Positions 29,388-42,933 of a stretch of 64,000 nt of DNA are shown in pieces. Source of the DNA: Aureliella sp. (GTDB lineage: Bacteria; Planctomycetota; Planctomycetia; Pirellulales; Pirellulaceae); contig OY829846.1 in the NCBI GenBank assembly GCA_963691875.1, positions 288,001-352,000 of the forward strand. The letters are read 5' to 3'. A model generated the notes under the pieces. It did not search any database. It was given only the letters and a program-made list of their open reading frames with translations, and had not been told where the DNA came from. The first letter of the stretch is position 1. The number at the start of each line of letters is the position of its first letter. The translations under genes and the position numbers were made by a program.

Positions 29388-30398
29388 ATGCGGAAGATTT
29401 TAGTGACTGGTGCGGCCGGCTTTATCGGCTACCACATGAGCCAAGCACTCCTTAGCTGCGGCGACTTTGTTGTTGGCCTCGACAATCTGAACGACTACTA
29501 TTCGGTCGATCTAAAGCAAGCGAGGCTGGCTCACGTTGTTTCGGAGAACTTCCGTTTTGTCGAAGGCGATTTGGTTGATCGTAGGACCTTGGATCGATTA
29601 TTCGAGGAGCATCAGTTCGAGCGGGTTGTTCACTTAGCCGCGCAAGCTGGAGTGCGTTACTCGCTTGAGAATCCAGGTGCGTACATCGACAGTAATTTGG
29701 TCGGATTTGGCAACATTCTCGAGTGCTGCCGGCATTTCGAAATTGGGCATCTGCTTTATGCGAGCAGCAGTAGTGTTTATGGAGCCAACAAGCAGCAGCC
29801 TTTTTCGGTTGAACACGCGGTTGATCATCCGGTGAGTTTGTATGCTGCGACGAAGAAAGCCAATGAACTTCTCGCGCACACCTACTCACATTTGTATTCG
29901 CTGCCTACGACTGGCCTGCGATTTTTCACTGTCTACGGACCGTGGGGACGTCCAGACATGGCTGCCTATATCTTCACCAAAGCCATCTTTGATGGTTCAC
30001 CGATCAACGTATTTAATCATGGCAAGATGCAGCGGGACTTTACTTATGTGAAAGACATCGTTGAGGCGATGGTGCGTCTGGTCGATCATATTGCAGAGCC
30101 GGATTCGAAATTTGACGCACTTGCTCCAAAGCCTGCAACCAGCAATTGTCCTTATCGCGTGTTTAACATCGGCAATAACCAGCCCGAAGAGCTTGGACGC
30201 TTCATCGAGGTATTGGAAGCGGCCATTGGCAAGAAAGCGAACAAGAATTTCATGCCTTTGCAACCCGGCGATGTGGTCTCTACTTTTGCGGACGTTTCGG
30301 GTTTAGAACGGGCGATAGATTTCCGTCCGCAGACGACCATCGAAGAAGGCATCCATCGCTTCGTAGACTGGTACCGTGACTACCATCAGATCAGCTGA
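29388..30398 (+). CDS. NAD-dependent epimerase (UDP-glucuronate 4-epimerase, CapI/WbnF type)
   Basis: VTGAAGFIG, DNLNDYY, HLAAQAGVRYS, YASSSSVYG, YAATKK (YxxxK), LRFFTVYGPWGRPDMA. Confidence 0.92.
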   Translation: MRKILVTGAAGFIGYHMSQALLSCGDFVVGLDNLNDYYSVDLKQARLAHVVSENFRFVEGDLVDRRTLDRLFEEHQFERVVHLAAQAGVRYSLENPGAYIDSNLVGFGNILECCRHFEIGHLLYASSSSVYGANKQQPFSVEHAVDHPVSLYAATKKANELLAHTYSHLYSLPTTGLRFFTVYGPWGRPDMAAYIFTKAIFDGSPINVFNHGKMQRDFTYVKDIVEAMVRLVDHIAEPDSKFDALAPKPATSNCPYRVFNIGNNQPEELGRFIEVLEAAIGKKANKNFMPLQPGDVVSTFADVSGLERAIDFRPQTTIEEGIHRFVDWYRDYHQIS

Positions 30399-30655
30399 TA
30401 CTCGCCCGTGCGGAGGGCTCGCTCTGCGTTCTTGATACCAATTTTGAGATTGATTCAATCTTTGCGATCATCCATTGCGATGAAGTGACTGCAAGTTACA
30501 GAAACTGTGGTTCTCAGGGCGACTTATCGCGTTACCATTATGACTTATAGACCGATTGTGCCGCGAATTCCCCCTTCAACGCGCCCCGGAACGCCCAACT
30601 TCTTGCTAAGTATTTTTGCCATTCGGATAGATCTTGTTACCGCGACGGTAAATAG

Positions 30656-33439
<2,784 letters not shown>

Positions 33440-33501
33440 CGTTACCGAATTGCCGCCACTCTCAATCAATAATCAATCAAAAAACACAGAAACGTCTTGA
33501 G

Positions 33502-34719
33502 ATGATCGAAGTCAAAGTACCTTCCGTAGGAGAATCCATTTCCGAAGTCCAGATCGGGCAATGGTTGAAGGCGGAAGGCGAGTGGGTGGCGGCTGACGAA
33601 AACTTAGTCGATTTGGAGACCGAGAAAGCTTCGGTGCAAGTTCCTTCTCCGGCATCTGGTTACGTACGAAACGTGCTGAAGCAGACCGAGGACTTCGCGA
33701 TGGTGGACGAAGTCATCTGCAGCATCGAGCCAGCAGAAGCTCCAGCCGGAGGGACTTCGACTGACGCACCGATGCAGCCAGCTGCTCTAAGCTCGGAGAC
33801 CGGGCAGGGGCATGTGATGCCGGCGGCTCAACGGATCTTGGAGGAGAACGGAATCGCTGCTTCGAGTGTGAAGGGCTCAGGTCCAGACGGGCGAATTCTG
33901 AAGGAAGATGCGATGGCTGCCGTCGCGAGTAAGAGCCGTCCAGCGTCTGTCCAATCACCCACGAAGCCGCCTGTGCTGGAAACCAGTCTGACCGAGGTAG
34001 AGTCTAATACGGGCGGATCGAGGCGGGAGGAAGTCAAGCCGCTGAGCATGATTCGCCGAACCATTGCAAAGCGTTTGGTGGAGGCTCAGCAAAATGCAGC
34101 CTTGTTGACTACCTTCAACGAAGTCAACATGAAACCGATCATGTCCTTGCGAAAGAAGTATAAAGATGCATTTCTTGATCGACATGGTGTCAAGTTGGGC
34201 TTCATGTCTTTCTTTGCCAAGGCGAGCGTAGAAGCCTTGAGGCGATTTCCCTCGGTCAACGCTGAGATTCGCGGAAACAATATCGTCTATCGGCACTTCA
34301 ACGATATTGGCATCGCCATCGGCGGCGGCAAGGGTCTCGTCGTTCCTGTGCTGCGCAACGTTGAGGATATGACATTCGCGGATGTGGAGCGAACGATTGG
34401 CGATTTCGCTTCGAAAGCGATGGACAATCGCCTGATGCCCGAGGATCTGGAAGGCGGGACTTTTACGATCAGTAACGGGGGAGTTTACGGTTCGCTGCTT
34501 AGCACGCCGATCGTAAATGCGCCTCAAAGTGCGATTCTGGGGCTACATTCCATTCAAGAACGGCCGATGGCGGTGAACGGGGAGGTAGTTGTTCTTCCAA
34601 TGATGTACGTTGCCCTTAGTTATGATCATCGTATCATTGATGGCCGCGAAGCCGTAAGCTTCCTGAAGACCATCAAGGAAGTTTGCGAAGACCCAACTCG
34701 ATTGTTCCTGGAAGTCTGA
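33502..34719 (+). CDS. sucB: Dihydrolipoyllysine-residue succinyltransferase (E2)
   Basis: Lipoyl domain (ETEKA), E3-binding [33 protein letters not shown]. Confidence 0.97.
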   Translation: MIEVKVPSVGESISEVQIGQWLKAEGEWVAADENLVDLETEKASVQVPSPASGYVRNVLKQTEDFAMVDEVICSIEPAEAPAGGTSTDAPMQPAALSSETGQGHVMPAAQRILEENGIAASSVKGSGPDGRILKEDAMAAVASKSRPASVQSPTKPPVLETSLTEVESNTGGSRREEVKPLSMIRRTIAKRLVEAQQNAALLTTFNEVNMKPIMSLRKKYKDAFLDRHGVKLGFMSFFAKASVEALRRFPSVNAEIRGNNIVYRHFNDIGIAIGGGKGLVVPVLRNVEDMTFADVERTIGDFASKAMDNRLMPEDLEGGTFTISNGGVYGSLLSTPIVNAPQSAILGLHSIQERPMAVNGEVVVLPMMYVALSYDHRIIDGREAVSFLKTIKEVCEDPTRLFLEV

Positions 34720-35046
34720 TTCTTCATTCGGGCTGTAGTGTCTCCATTCTTCTTAGCCACGTTACATCCGCGTCGCGAGGTCGAGAGGGTGATCTTGCTG
34801 AGGAGATGTCAACGAAACTTCCAATTGTCCCTGCGTTGGCGGGCTGTTGTCTAATTGCGTCTTGCCGTGGGCAGAACCATAACATCGGACCAATTGAATT
34901 GATTCTACGCGCGCTCCGGGAACCGAATTCCTGTGCCGTGTAGGGGTAGTGCAGCGGTCGCTCTACAATCCTTCTTGATTTCTTGGTAAATTGATGTCCT
35001 TGGAATCGAGTTGTGCTGGATTGTAAAACTTCGCAGCAGAGAACCG

Positions 35047-37677
35047 ATGGATCGAGATCCTCCTAGAAAGACGACCTGTTTCGAGAGTACGGGGCTATTG
35101 AGAAGACCTAGCGCCAAGTGCTGCCTTCTACTCTGCTCGCTCCAACTCTTCTTTTTCACGCCATCACTCTCGCGTGCGCAAAACGCATTGGAACTTTCTG
35201 TCCCAGCGGAATTGAGTCAGCATCTGCCGGAGAAAGAATCGCATCTCGATGATAAGCAGCATGCGATTCTTGCCTCAGAGATTGCGGCGGCAAAGCAGCT
35301 GTTGTCTGAAATCGATGCGTCGGAAGCTGAGGAGCTTAGCCGGAAAATAGTTGATGCGTTCGATATTTCTGCTCCTCCTCAACTGGCGTTGCAAGCGTGC
35401 GTTGTGCTAGGTCGCTTAGCAGTTCGTATCGATGACTTTGGTGCAGCAATGTACTACTTTTCACAAGCTAACAAATTGGAGAAGCAGTCTGGTGGCGGCC
35501 ATCAAACAAGTGGCTTGTACGCCGAGCTGGGCGAAAAGCTACAGAGAATGGGGTACTGCCGCCCTGCCTTGCGTTGCTACAAAGAGGCTCAAGAGAATTC
35601 CAGCTCATCGGATTTGTGTGAGCGATGTGTGGTCAACCAAGCATTCTTGCACTTAGAATTAGGTGAGCTAGAGGAAGCCACTTCTATTGCCAGAAGACTC
35701 GCGGTTAGCGTCGATGGGAACGGCAATGCGGAGCGATTGCTAGTCACTAGTGCAATCAAGCTTTTCAATGGTCATGCAGACGAAGTTGTTGCCAACCTTG
35801 GGGTATCGTCGCAATCGGCGAAAAAGAAGATCTGTGAGTTGCACCGAGATTATCACTGGTTGTTGTGCAATGCTCATCTGGCTCTGAACCAAGTTGAGGA
35901 AGCTGTGTACCATGCGGAGGCACTGGACCAAGAGAATGAATCTCTCTTTTGTGGCGGGCCTGCAAAACTTCTGAAAGCGAAATCGCTCCTGCAAGTCGAG
36001 CGTACGGACGAAGCGCTGAAAACACTCGAGGCGATTCAGGAAGGACCATTTCATTTGGTTTCTTCCGTTGCTGCAGACAAATTGATGGCAGGGATACTTC
36101 GTGAAGAGGGGCGATTCGAAGAAGCCTCGGAGTTACTCGAAAGGGCCTTGGAAAACTCCGCTAGCCATCACGGAGAGCTGTTTGCCATCGAAGCCAAGGT
36201 TTCACAAGGGGGAATCTTGTTACGCTCAGAAATGCAAAGGCAACAAAGGCTTCATAATAAGATTCGTGAGGAGAACGAAACGCTTGCCCATGAGAATGAC
36301 ATGGCTTGGCGCGCGTTCGGAATTGCAATCGGATTTGTATTTGTCGTCGCCGCGGGAATCTGTTTTCAAATGACCGTCAGTGAGCTTCGCAAGGAGAAGC
36401 GACTCAAGAATGTGCAGCAGAGGCACAACAGCGCGCTGGTCCAAGTTGTAAATCAGACCAGTGAAGCACTGTCCCGGGAGGTTACGGAACGGGTTGAGTT
36501 GGAGAAGTCTCTTGAGAGAAAACGGCGCGACGAGGCAATCGGCAAGCTGACCGGAAATGTAGCACACGATTTCAATAACTTGTTGCAAGTAATTATCAGC
36601 ACCAACGAACACTTGCGATCCAAAGCGTTGGCGTACACGGAAATCGATCGTGAGTTGATTGCAACTTCAACTAAGAGTGCTCAGATCGGAGCCTCAATTG
36701 TCAGACAGTTACTTGCTTATGCTCGGCAGCAGGTGCTGGCACCGCAGTCGATTCCCTTGGATCGATATTTTGAGGGTACCAGTGACTTGCTCAAGGCAGC
36801 AGTCACACGTCCAAGCGTGTTGGAGGTTGATAATAGTTGTGGCGAACTGCGTATCAAGGTGGATCCTACGCAACTGACAACCTCTCTAATCAACTTACTT
36901 ACAAATGCACTAGATGCGATGCCCGACGGAGGAAAAATTCGGCTTGCAGCGCGGCCGTTTGGATCTAATCCTGAAGATATGAATGAATGGAACCCGGAGA
37001 GTTTTCATGATCATTTGTTGATTGAGGTGATTGACGAAGGAAAAGGACTAACGGCCGAGGAGAAGAAACATGTGTTTGAGCCGTTTTATTCTACGAAGCC
37101 AACAGCGACTGGAACGGGATTAGGGCTAAGTTCGGTGCTAGGATTTGTTCAGCAGTCAGGTGGAGACATTAAAATCTTCGATAACCTTGACTCTGGCCTA
37201 CGAGTTGCGATGGTCTTTCCAACCTCTGAGGAGCCCTCGGTATTTGCAGATGAAGCGGTAGGGGGATTCGCTCCAGTTGGCGGAAGAGTTCTGATCGTCG
37301 AAGACAACAGCAGCGTGGCTTATTCTGTTCGCAACGACCTGGAGCAACTCGGTTTTGAGACACACTGGGTCGATAATGGCCGGGAAGCCATTGAGCTTTT
37401 TATCGACGGATGTGTATTTGATGCGGTCGTCTCCGACGTTCGGATGCCCGGTGACGTGAGCGGTATCGAACTGCGTGATTGGACTCGACAAAACTACCCT
37501 GAAACCGGCTTCGTTTTGATGAGTGGATACAGCTATGTGGATACGAACCCTGAGAGATCATCATTTTTACAGAAGCCTTTTACTCCGACTGAGCTTTTGC
37601 AGGCAATTTGCTCCGAATTGCAAGAACGGCGCACATCCAAGGGGAATGAGATCGAGCGTCTAGTAATGAAGAAGTAG
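35047..37677 (+). CDS. Hybrid sensor histidine kinase/response regulator with extracytoplasmic TPR-like sensor
   Basis: Signal/TM segment, helical repeats, TM, H-box VAHDFNNLL, N-box NLLTNALDAM, DEGKG, FEPFYSTK, GTGLGL, receiver VLIVED...SDVRMP...QKPF. Start uncertain (35011 TTG or 35047 ATG). Confidence 0.88.
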   Translation: MDRDPPRKTTCFESTGLLRRPSAKCCLLLCSLQLFFFTPSLSRAQNALELSVPAELSQHLPEKESHLDDKQHAILASEIAAAKQLLSEIDASEAEELSRKIVDAFDISAPPQLALQACVVLGRLAVRIDDFGAAMYYFSQANKLEKQSGGGHQTSGLYAELGEKLQRMGYCRPALRCYKEAQENSSSSDLCERCVVNQAFLHLELGELEEATSIARRLAVSVDGNGNAERLLVTSAIKLFNGHADEVVANLGVSSQSAKKKICELHRDYHWLLCNAHLALNQVEEAVYHAEALDQENESLFCGGPAKLLKAKSLLQVERTDEALKTLEAIQEGPFHLVSSVAADKLMAGILREEGRFEEASELLERALENSASHHGELFAIEAKVSQGGILLRSEMQRQQRLHNKIREENETLAHENDMAWRAFGIAIGFVFVVAAGICFQMTVSELRKEKRLKNVQQRHNSALVQVVNQTSEALSREVTERVELEKSLERKRRDEAIGKLTGNVAHDFNNLLQVIISTNEHLRSKALAYTEIDRELIATSTKSAQIGASIVRQLLAYARQQVLAPQSIPLDRYFEGTSDLLKAAVTRPSVLEVDNSCGELRIKVDPTQLTTSLINLLTNALDAMPDGGKIRLAARPFGSNPEDMNEWNPESFHDHLLIEVIDEGKGLTAEEKKHVFEPFYSTKPTATGTGLGLSSVLGFVQQSGGDIKIFDNLDSGLRVAMVFPTSEEPSVFADEAVGGFAPVGGRVLIVEDNSSVAYSVRNDLEQLGFETHWVDNGREAIELFIDGCVFDAVVSDVRMPGDVSGIELRDWTRQNYPETGFVLMSGYSYVDTNPERSSFLQKPFTPTELLQAICSELQERRTSKGNEIERLVMKK

Positions 37678-37863
37678 GTTTAAGGCTATATGATCGTGTA
37701 TACGGCTGCCTTATTCGGGGCCCTGCACCGACTTTGTTCAGAGCCTTGTGCTTACGGAACTTTGATATTCTTGGCAGCCGCCTCACACGGCTTCCTTTGG
37801 ATGCTCAATTTTCGGTATTGTAAAGATTTAGAATCAACAGCTTTTGAGATCAAAGGAAGATCC

Positions 37864-37998
37864 ATGGACAATTCCACGCCCGAAGGTGAACGTAAACGTC
37901 TGCCGCCAGAAGTCGCCAAAGAGCTGATTGATATGATCGAGTCAGTTGAGAAAGAAGAGGCAGAGCAAGTAGGTACCAGCGAAGATTCGCAGGATTAG
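37864..37998 (+). CDS. Small acidic hypothetical protein (44 aa)
   Basis: SD AAAGGAAG before ATG 37864. Translation MDNSTPEGERKRLPPEVAKELIDMIESVEKEE... Confidence 0.4.
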   Translation: MDNSTPEGERKRLPPEVAKELIDMIESVEKEEAEQVGTSEDSQD

Positions 37999-38028
37999 GC
38001 TTGCGGCTGCAGAGCGCAGTGTAAGGCT

Positions 38029-39765
38029 TTACTGCTTGAGTTCATGTCGCAGTGAGTCGTAGAGCTGTACGATCTCATTGATTTCGGGCTCGAGTAGTTG
38101 TTCTCCGCTATTGACGACTAACATGAGTTGCACGCTGGTATTGTCGGTGCTTCTCACATCACCACGTAACAAGTCGAAGATCGTCTTACGTTGATAGGCA
38201 GTTTCAAAAGCGAAGCTGCCACCTTGGAAGTTTGGCACGACATCTACTGCTTCCAGTTGTTCATTTAGCATTGAGTTGAAAATGTAGACAAAGGCGCCGA
38301 GGTCGGTTTGAAGGCTAGCTCCGAAGATTCCCCAGTTGCGGTTGCCAAACTGTTCAATGCGAAGCTTCAGCATCGGAGTCCAACCACGCTGAACGAGTTC
38401 TGTGGTTGGGTCGTGCCAGCCCTGAAAACTGTGTTTAAGGCTAAGCGTTAAACTTCTTTGTCCCTTCTGAATAGCCCAGGATTTTGATCCTCCAGCAGGG
38501 CCATTTCGGTCTATTGGTCTGATCGATGCCTCGTCTAGCTGGGGAGGCAGTACGAATTCGTCGAGCATCGTGGCGGTTTCGGCGGAGATAATTCTGTTAG
38601 CGAATGCTGGGCGAACCCCTCCCTGAATCAAGACGATTGTTGGAAGTAGCCCAAGTGTAAGAATGACAATTGAGCAAATTCGAATGGAGAGATTAGGGAT
38701 GCGACTCTCGAACCAAAATGACCTTGGCAAAGCTTCCAGTGCTTGTTTCTGCTGCAGAATTTGAGCTTCCAGTACCTCACGATCCTCAATGTCTGCAGGG
38801 AGTTGAGTCGGTGGTGCTGCGGGCCAAGAAAAGACGGCGTTGATCAAACCAAAGACCGGACGGAAATCTGTGCTCTTTTGCTCTACCGATTCAAACGTCC
38901 CGTGCAGTACGACACTGGCAAGCCAAGCAGCAAGAACCGTCGCTAAGAAGCAGAAGCCGTAGAGGAAAAGATATCTAGTGCCGAAAGTAAGATCTTGTTT
39001 GAGGTACGTGCTGGACAATGCGACGCACATGAGAAGACCGTAGTGCCCGATGGTCATCCACAATGGGCAAAGCAACGTTGTTAGAACACCTGTTAGACAG
39101 GACCGTTGCTGATAGACGACAGTGAAGGCGATGATACTCGTGAGAAAGAAAAGGCCTCCCCAGCCCCCGCAGAGTGTTTGTCCAATGAGTAGCTGGTCGA
39201 CGAGTTCAATGTTGCTGCCCAATAGAATATTGGGAATGCCCAACGCGTCCAAGGAAGCAGAACAGGTGTTTGCAGCAACAGCGATCAACCATCGAGATAT
39301 GTATGTGCACCATAAATCCGGAAGTATCACGATGGTTATCGGTACTGCAAGCCATGAAATGGAACTTGCCCAATGGAGCCTTGCAAAATACTGGATGGAC
39401 CAAGCGGCAAGCACCAGCAGCGCGCATATAGAAGCAAGCCACGGCAAAAAGTAGCTGACAGAAATGAAAGAGAGCGTTGTAGCAAAGATAGTAAGCCCTG
39501 TCGAAAGTAGCACTCGGCTTACCAGGACTCTTTCAGCACTGTCCTTCCTTTCTTTCCGTTGCCTCAGCAACAGCGTCAAGGCAAGGGGAATGGAAAGCAC
39601 AGCGTAGAAGGTGAACGGATTCTTGAGCCACTCTGCCAGTCGGAATACCAGCAGAGGGCTTAGTCCAAGCAACGGCATGACTAGCAGCCAAAGGCTCGTG
39701 CGCCAACGAACTCGACCTGTGGCGGGACTGTCTGGCTCTTGATCGGGGCTCTTTGCTTCTTCCAT
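38029..39765 (-). CDS. Exosortase (XrtU-like) membrane protein with EpsI-like C-terminal domain; catalytic residues degenerate
   Basis: Multi-TM N-terminal region, LDALGIPNILLGSNIEL..LCGG (ACSG position), C-terminal FQGWHD.T..L..RGW resembling the XrtU C-domain. Confidence 0.65.
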   Translation of the reverse strand: MEEAKSPDQEPDSPATGRVRWRTSLWLLVMPLLGLSPLLVFRLAEWLKNPFTFYAVLSIPLALTLLLRQRKERKDSAERVLVSRVLLSTGLTIFATTLSFISVSYFLPWLASICALLVLAAWSIQYFARLHWASSISWLAVPITIVILPDLWCTYISRWLIAVAANTCSASLDALGIPNILLGSNIELVDQLLIGQTLCGGWGGLFFLTSIIAFTVVYQQRSCLTGVLTTLLCPLWMTIGHYGLLMCVALSSTYLKQDLTFGTRYLFLYGFCFLATVLAAWLASVVLHGTFESVEQKSTDFRPVFGLINAVFSWPAAPPTQLPADIEDREVLEAQILQQKQALEALPRSFWFESRIPNLSIRICSIVILTLGLLPTIVLIQGGVRPAFANRIISAETATMLDEFVLPPQLDEASIRPIDRNGPAGGSKSWAIQKGQRSLTLSLKHSFQGWHDPTTELVQRGWTPMLKLRIEQFGNRNWGIFGASLQTDLGAFVYIFNSMLNEQLEAVDVVPNFQGGSFAFETAYQRKTIFDLLRGDVRSTDNTSVQLMLVVNSGEQLLEPEINEIVQLYDSLRHELKQ

Positions 39766-40066
39766 CGTGAAACGAATGCCAACCTCAAGGTTGATGGAAA
39801 TCAGGAAAAAGGGAAGACGGAAGGTCGAGCGTAGAGTGCTCGACTTCTGACGCTATCGGACAGCGCACGCTATGGCGGGGAAGCGAAATTGAGTTAATTT
39901 TGCTATTTTTTTAAAAGACGCCGGGTTCTCCGTGGATATGCGGGTCACGCACCCCAAGCTCCGTCGGCCGCAGAACAAGCAAGCATCGAACGCTGTCATC
40001 GGCTATGTTGTGCAATGCGTTTTCAATCTCCTCCAATTCTGTCTCGACCCCAAGGCCAGTATCAAC

Positions 40067-41527
40067 ATGAGCAAGATCCAAATCGCGTACCTTTTTCCGA
40101 TTTTGGTCGCTTCATCAAGTCTAGGGCTGGGCCAAATTCCGCATTTTGGAAATGCGATGCGAAACGGCTGGGCAACTCAGGATTCGATAGTTATCTGGAC
40201 CAGGACTACCGCTCAGGCGGAGATGACACGCGGCCCGGATTTTGTGTCTGTCTCGAAAGGCCTAGCGTCGCAGCTACTTTCTTCTGGAGAAGTCGATCGA
40301 CTCTTGACATCACAAATGCCAACAGGGACAGAGCTGGAGCAAATGCTGGGCTCCTTGCCTGGCCTGCCCGCGGAAGTGAGACTTATCTACAGCCCTGTTG
40401 ATAATCCTGAGAAGCAAAAATCGACTGCTTGGAAAAAGACCAGCGCGGACCAGGATTGTACGGCTCAATGGAAGCTGACCGAGCTTTTGCCCGGCACAAA
40501 GTACTCCGTAACAGCAGAAGCTCGCGTTCCAGGCAACGAACAGATCTCACAGTGTGAAGGGAAGTTCCAGACCGCGCCGGCAGCTGACGAAACTGCTGAC
40601 CTGAAGTTCTGCGTGACGACCTGTCATGATTTTTTGAGGCGAGATGATGGCGAGAAAGGGCACAAAATCTATCCCTCGATGTCGAGTTTTGAGCCGGATT
40701 TTGTCGTGCATGCTGGCGATATTGAATACTACGACAAGGAGAAGCCTTATGCGTGGACGAAGGAGCTAATGCGTTTCAAATGGGCAAGACTGTTTTCCAT
40801 GCCGCGGAATCGCGACTTTTACGCAAAGCACAGCAGCTACTTCATCAAAGACGATCATGACACATTGAAGAACGATAGCTGGCCGGGACAAAGTTATGGA
40901 ATCGTTACTTTTCAAGAGGGTGTTCGACTGTTTAATGACGAGCAATTTCCAACTCGCGATCCACGTTACGATTCCATTCGCTGGGGAAAAGACCTTGAGA
41001 TCTGGGTGTTGGAAGGACGGGACTTCCGAAGTGCCAATACGATGAAGGATGGCCCAGACAAAACAATTCTCGGCGCCGAGCAAAAGCAATGGCTGAAGGA
41101 TTCGCTTCGTCAATCAGATGCAACCTTTAAGTTGGTATTCAGCCCTACACCGATCGTTGGTCCTGATCGGGCGAATAAGAAGGATAATCACGCCAATAAG
41201 ATCTTCGCATATGAGGGCGAAGAGTTGCGAGAGTTCTTCTCGACCGTCGATGGCTTAATTTTGTTCTGTGGCGACCGGCACTGGCAATATGCCTCTGTGG
41301 ACGCTGAATATGGCATTTGGGAGTTTGGCTGTGGACCGGGCAGTGAGAAGCACCAGTTGGGCTGGAAGAAGGGAGATGTCCGACCAGTTCACCGCTTTCT
41401 CCGCGTCGCGGGAGGGTATCTGTCCGGAGAACTGAATTATCTTGACTCGAAGCCGATTCTGAAGCTGAAACACCGAGACGTTTATGGTGTCGAGAAAAGC
41501 AGCTTCACCTTCCCGACGATTAAGTGA
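40067..41527 (+). CDS. phoD: Alkaline phosphatase D family protein
   Basis: Signal peptide, IVIWTR, FN3-like L.PGTKY..GKFQTAP, HAGDIEYYD, KDDHD, LEGRDFRS, LGAEQKQWL, CGDRHW. ATG at 40067 preferred. Confidence 0.85.
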   Translation: MSKIQIAYLFPILVASSSLGLGQIPHFGNAMRNGWATQDSIVIWTRTTAQAEMTRGPDFVSVSKGLASQLLSSGEVDRLLTSQMPTGTELEQMLGSLPGLPAEVRLIYSPVDNPEKQKSTAWKKTSADQDCTAQWKLTELLPGTKYSVTAEARVPGNEQISQCEGKFQTAPAADETADLKFCVTTCHDFLRRDDGEKGHKIYPSMSSFEPDFVVHAGDIEYYDKEKPYAWTKELMRFKWARLFSMPRNRDFYAKHSSYFIKDDHDTLKNDSWPGQSYGIVTFQEGVRLFNDEQFPTRDPRYDSIRWGKDLEIWVLEGRDFRSANTMKDGPDKTILGAEQKQWLKDSLRQSDATFKLVFSPTPIVGPDRANKKDNHANKIFAYEGEELREFFSTVDGLILFCGDRHWQYASVDAEYGIWEFGCGPGSEKHQLGWKKGDVRPVHRFLRVAGGYLSGELNYLDSKPILKLKHRDVYGVEKSSFTFPTIK

Positions 41528-41569
41528 GCATGACGTGGCCTTGCTGCATATCGTTCTTCGACTGGATGA

Positions 41570-42931
41570 TTACTCTGCAGAATCACGCGAGGAATCAAAG
41601 TCGTGAGGACTTGGTGGCGGTGTGCTCGCGGAGGAATCATCCAATTTCTCTGCGAGTTCAGCTAAGTGTTCAGGTTCTAGTCCATGCTCCAAGTAATCGG
41701 CTTCGCGATCAGCCTGAGAGACGTCTGCCTCAGCCTCTTCTACCATGTAGAGTTCTAGCAAACGGTGCTCGCGAACGGAGTTGAGGGCGCGAAGAATCCC
41801 TCGTGGCGTTAACTGCAGTCGATCCTCATCATCAAATACAACTAGGCCTGACACTGCCATTCGTTGGGCAAGTTGCCGGACCTTGGCTTCATGCCAGCCT
41901 CTTTGTCGGGCGACTTCTTGCAAGGTCACCGCAAGAGTAGATCTTAGCTCACCAGTCACTTTGTCTGGTAACGCGTGACGCACTTCCAGTAGTTCGTAAA
42001 TGCTTCGCAAGACATGCAGGAAGTCGTGATCCCGGCGCATCTGCCAAACTCGCAGGGTCCGCCATAGCGTGCCACGCTTAATTCCAAATACAAAGCTAAT
42101 CATAAAAAAGCTGCAGGCAGTCAATACGATGGTGGCACCACTTGGAAGTTTGTCATAAGAGGCACTTAGCAGTGTGCCGGCAGCGCAGCTTGCCGCTCCG
42201 AAGGTTGAACTGATGGCGAGCATTATTGAAAGTTGATTCGTCCAGAATCTCGCACTTGCCGCGGGAATCACCAGCAAAGCGATGATAAGGATCATGCCAA
42301 CGGCTTGAAGTCCGATCATCGTCACGACAACGACCATGGTTATCAACAACGCGTCGAGGAGAAGCACCGGGAAGCCTTGGCTGGCCGCCAACTCGGCATC
42401 GAAGCAAAGTAGTTTCAATTCCTTGACAAAAAGCAGTAACATCGAGACGACGATGATACCAGCGATGGCGGCCGACCAGACATCATCGCTACCGATCGAC
42501 GCTGCCTTACCATAGATAAAGCTGTCTAAGCCCGAGGAATTGCCGCTCTGCTCTTGCACTATTTTTCTGAAGGCAATTCCAGCACCAAAGAACACACTCA
42601 GCACTATCCCGAGTGCAGCGTCCTCGCGAATGTTTAGCCAATGTCGAAAGGCCAAAACTGTTGCGCCACCGAGTCCGCCGCTGATGGCTGCACCGAGAAA
42701 CAGCGTTGGAAGCGACTTCTCCATGTTGTTGAGTGCCAACCAGAGGAATGCGATCGCTACACCGGGCAAAGTTGCGTGAGCAATTGCGTCGCCAATGAGT
42801 GCTCGACGCCGCAACAAAAGAAATACACCTAGCATTCCGGATGTGAAGCCGATCAGAATGGTGCCCAGCAGTACAACCGAGGTGTTGTAGTTCAGGCCCA
42901 GGGATGTCCAGAACGCGGCTACAGGTAGCAT
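41570..42931 (-). CDS. Mn/Zn/Fe ABC transporter permease fused to a C-terminal DtxR/MntR-like domain
   Basis: LRRRALIGDAIAHATLPG, EDAALGIVLS, KELKLLCFD, VGMILIIALLVIPAASAR. C-terminal wHTH plus LTPRG..A..VREHRLLELY...ADYLEH. Confidence 0.9.
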   Translation of the reverse strand: MLPVAAFWTSLGLNYNTSVVLLGTILIGFTSGMLGVFLLLRRRALIGDAIAHATLPGVAIAFLWLALNNMEKSLPTLFLGAAISGGLGGATVLAFRHWLNIREDAALGIVLSVFFGAGIAFRKIVQEQSGNSSGLDSFIYGKAASIGSDDVWSAAIAGIIVVSMLLLFVKELKLLCFDAELAASQGFPVLLLDALLITMVVVVTMIGLQAVGMILIIALLVIPAASARFWTNQLSIMLAISSTFGAASCAAGTLLSASYDKLPSGATIVLTACSFFMISFVFGIKRGTLWRTLRVWQMRRDHDFLHVLRSIYELLEVRHALPDKVTGELRSTLAVTLQEVARQRGWHEAKVRQLAQRMAVSGLVVFDDEDRLQLTPRGILRALNSVREHRLLELYMVEEAEADVSQADREADYLEHGLEPEHLAELAEKLDDSSASTPPPSPHDFDSSRDSAE

Positions 42932-42933
42932 CT

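Noticed and set aside
34720..35010. No lpdA after sucAB
   Set aside because: E3 is often encoded elsewhere and shared between complexes, so this is not unusual.
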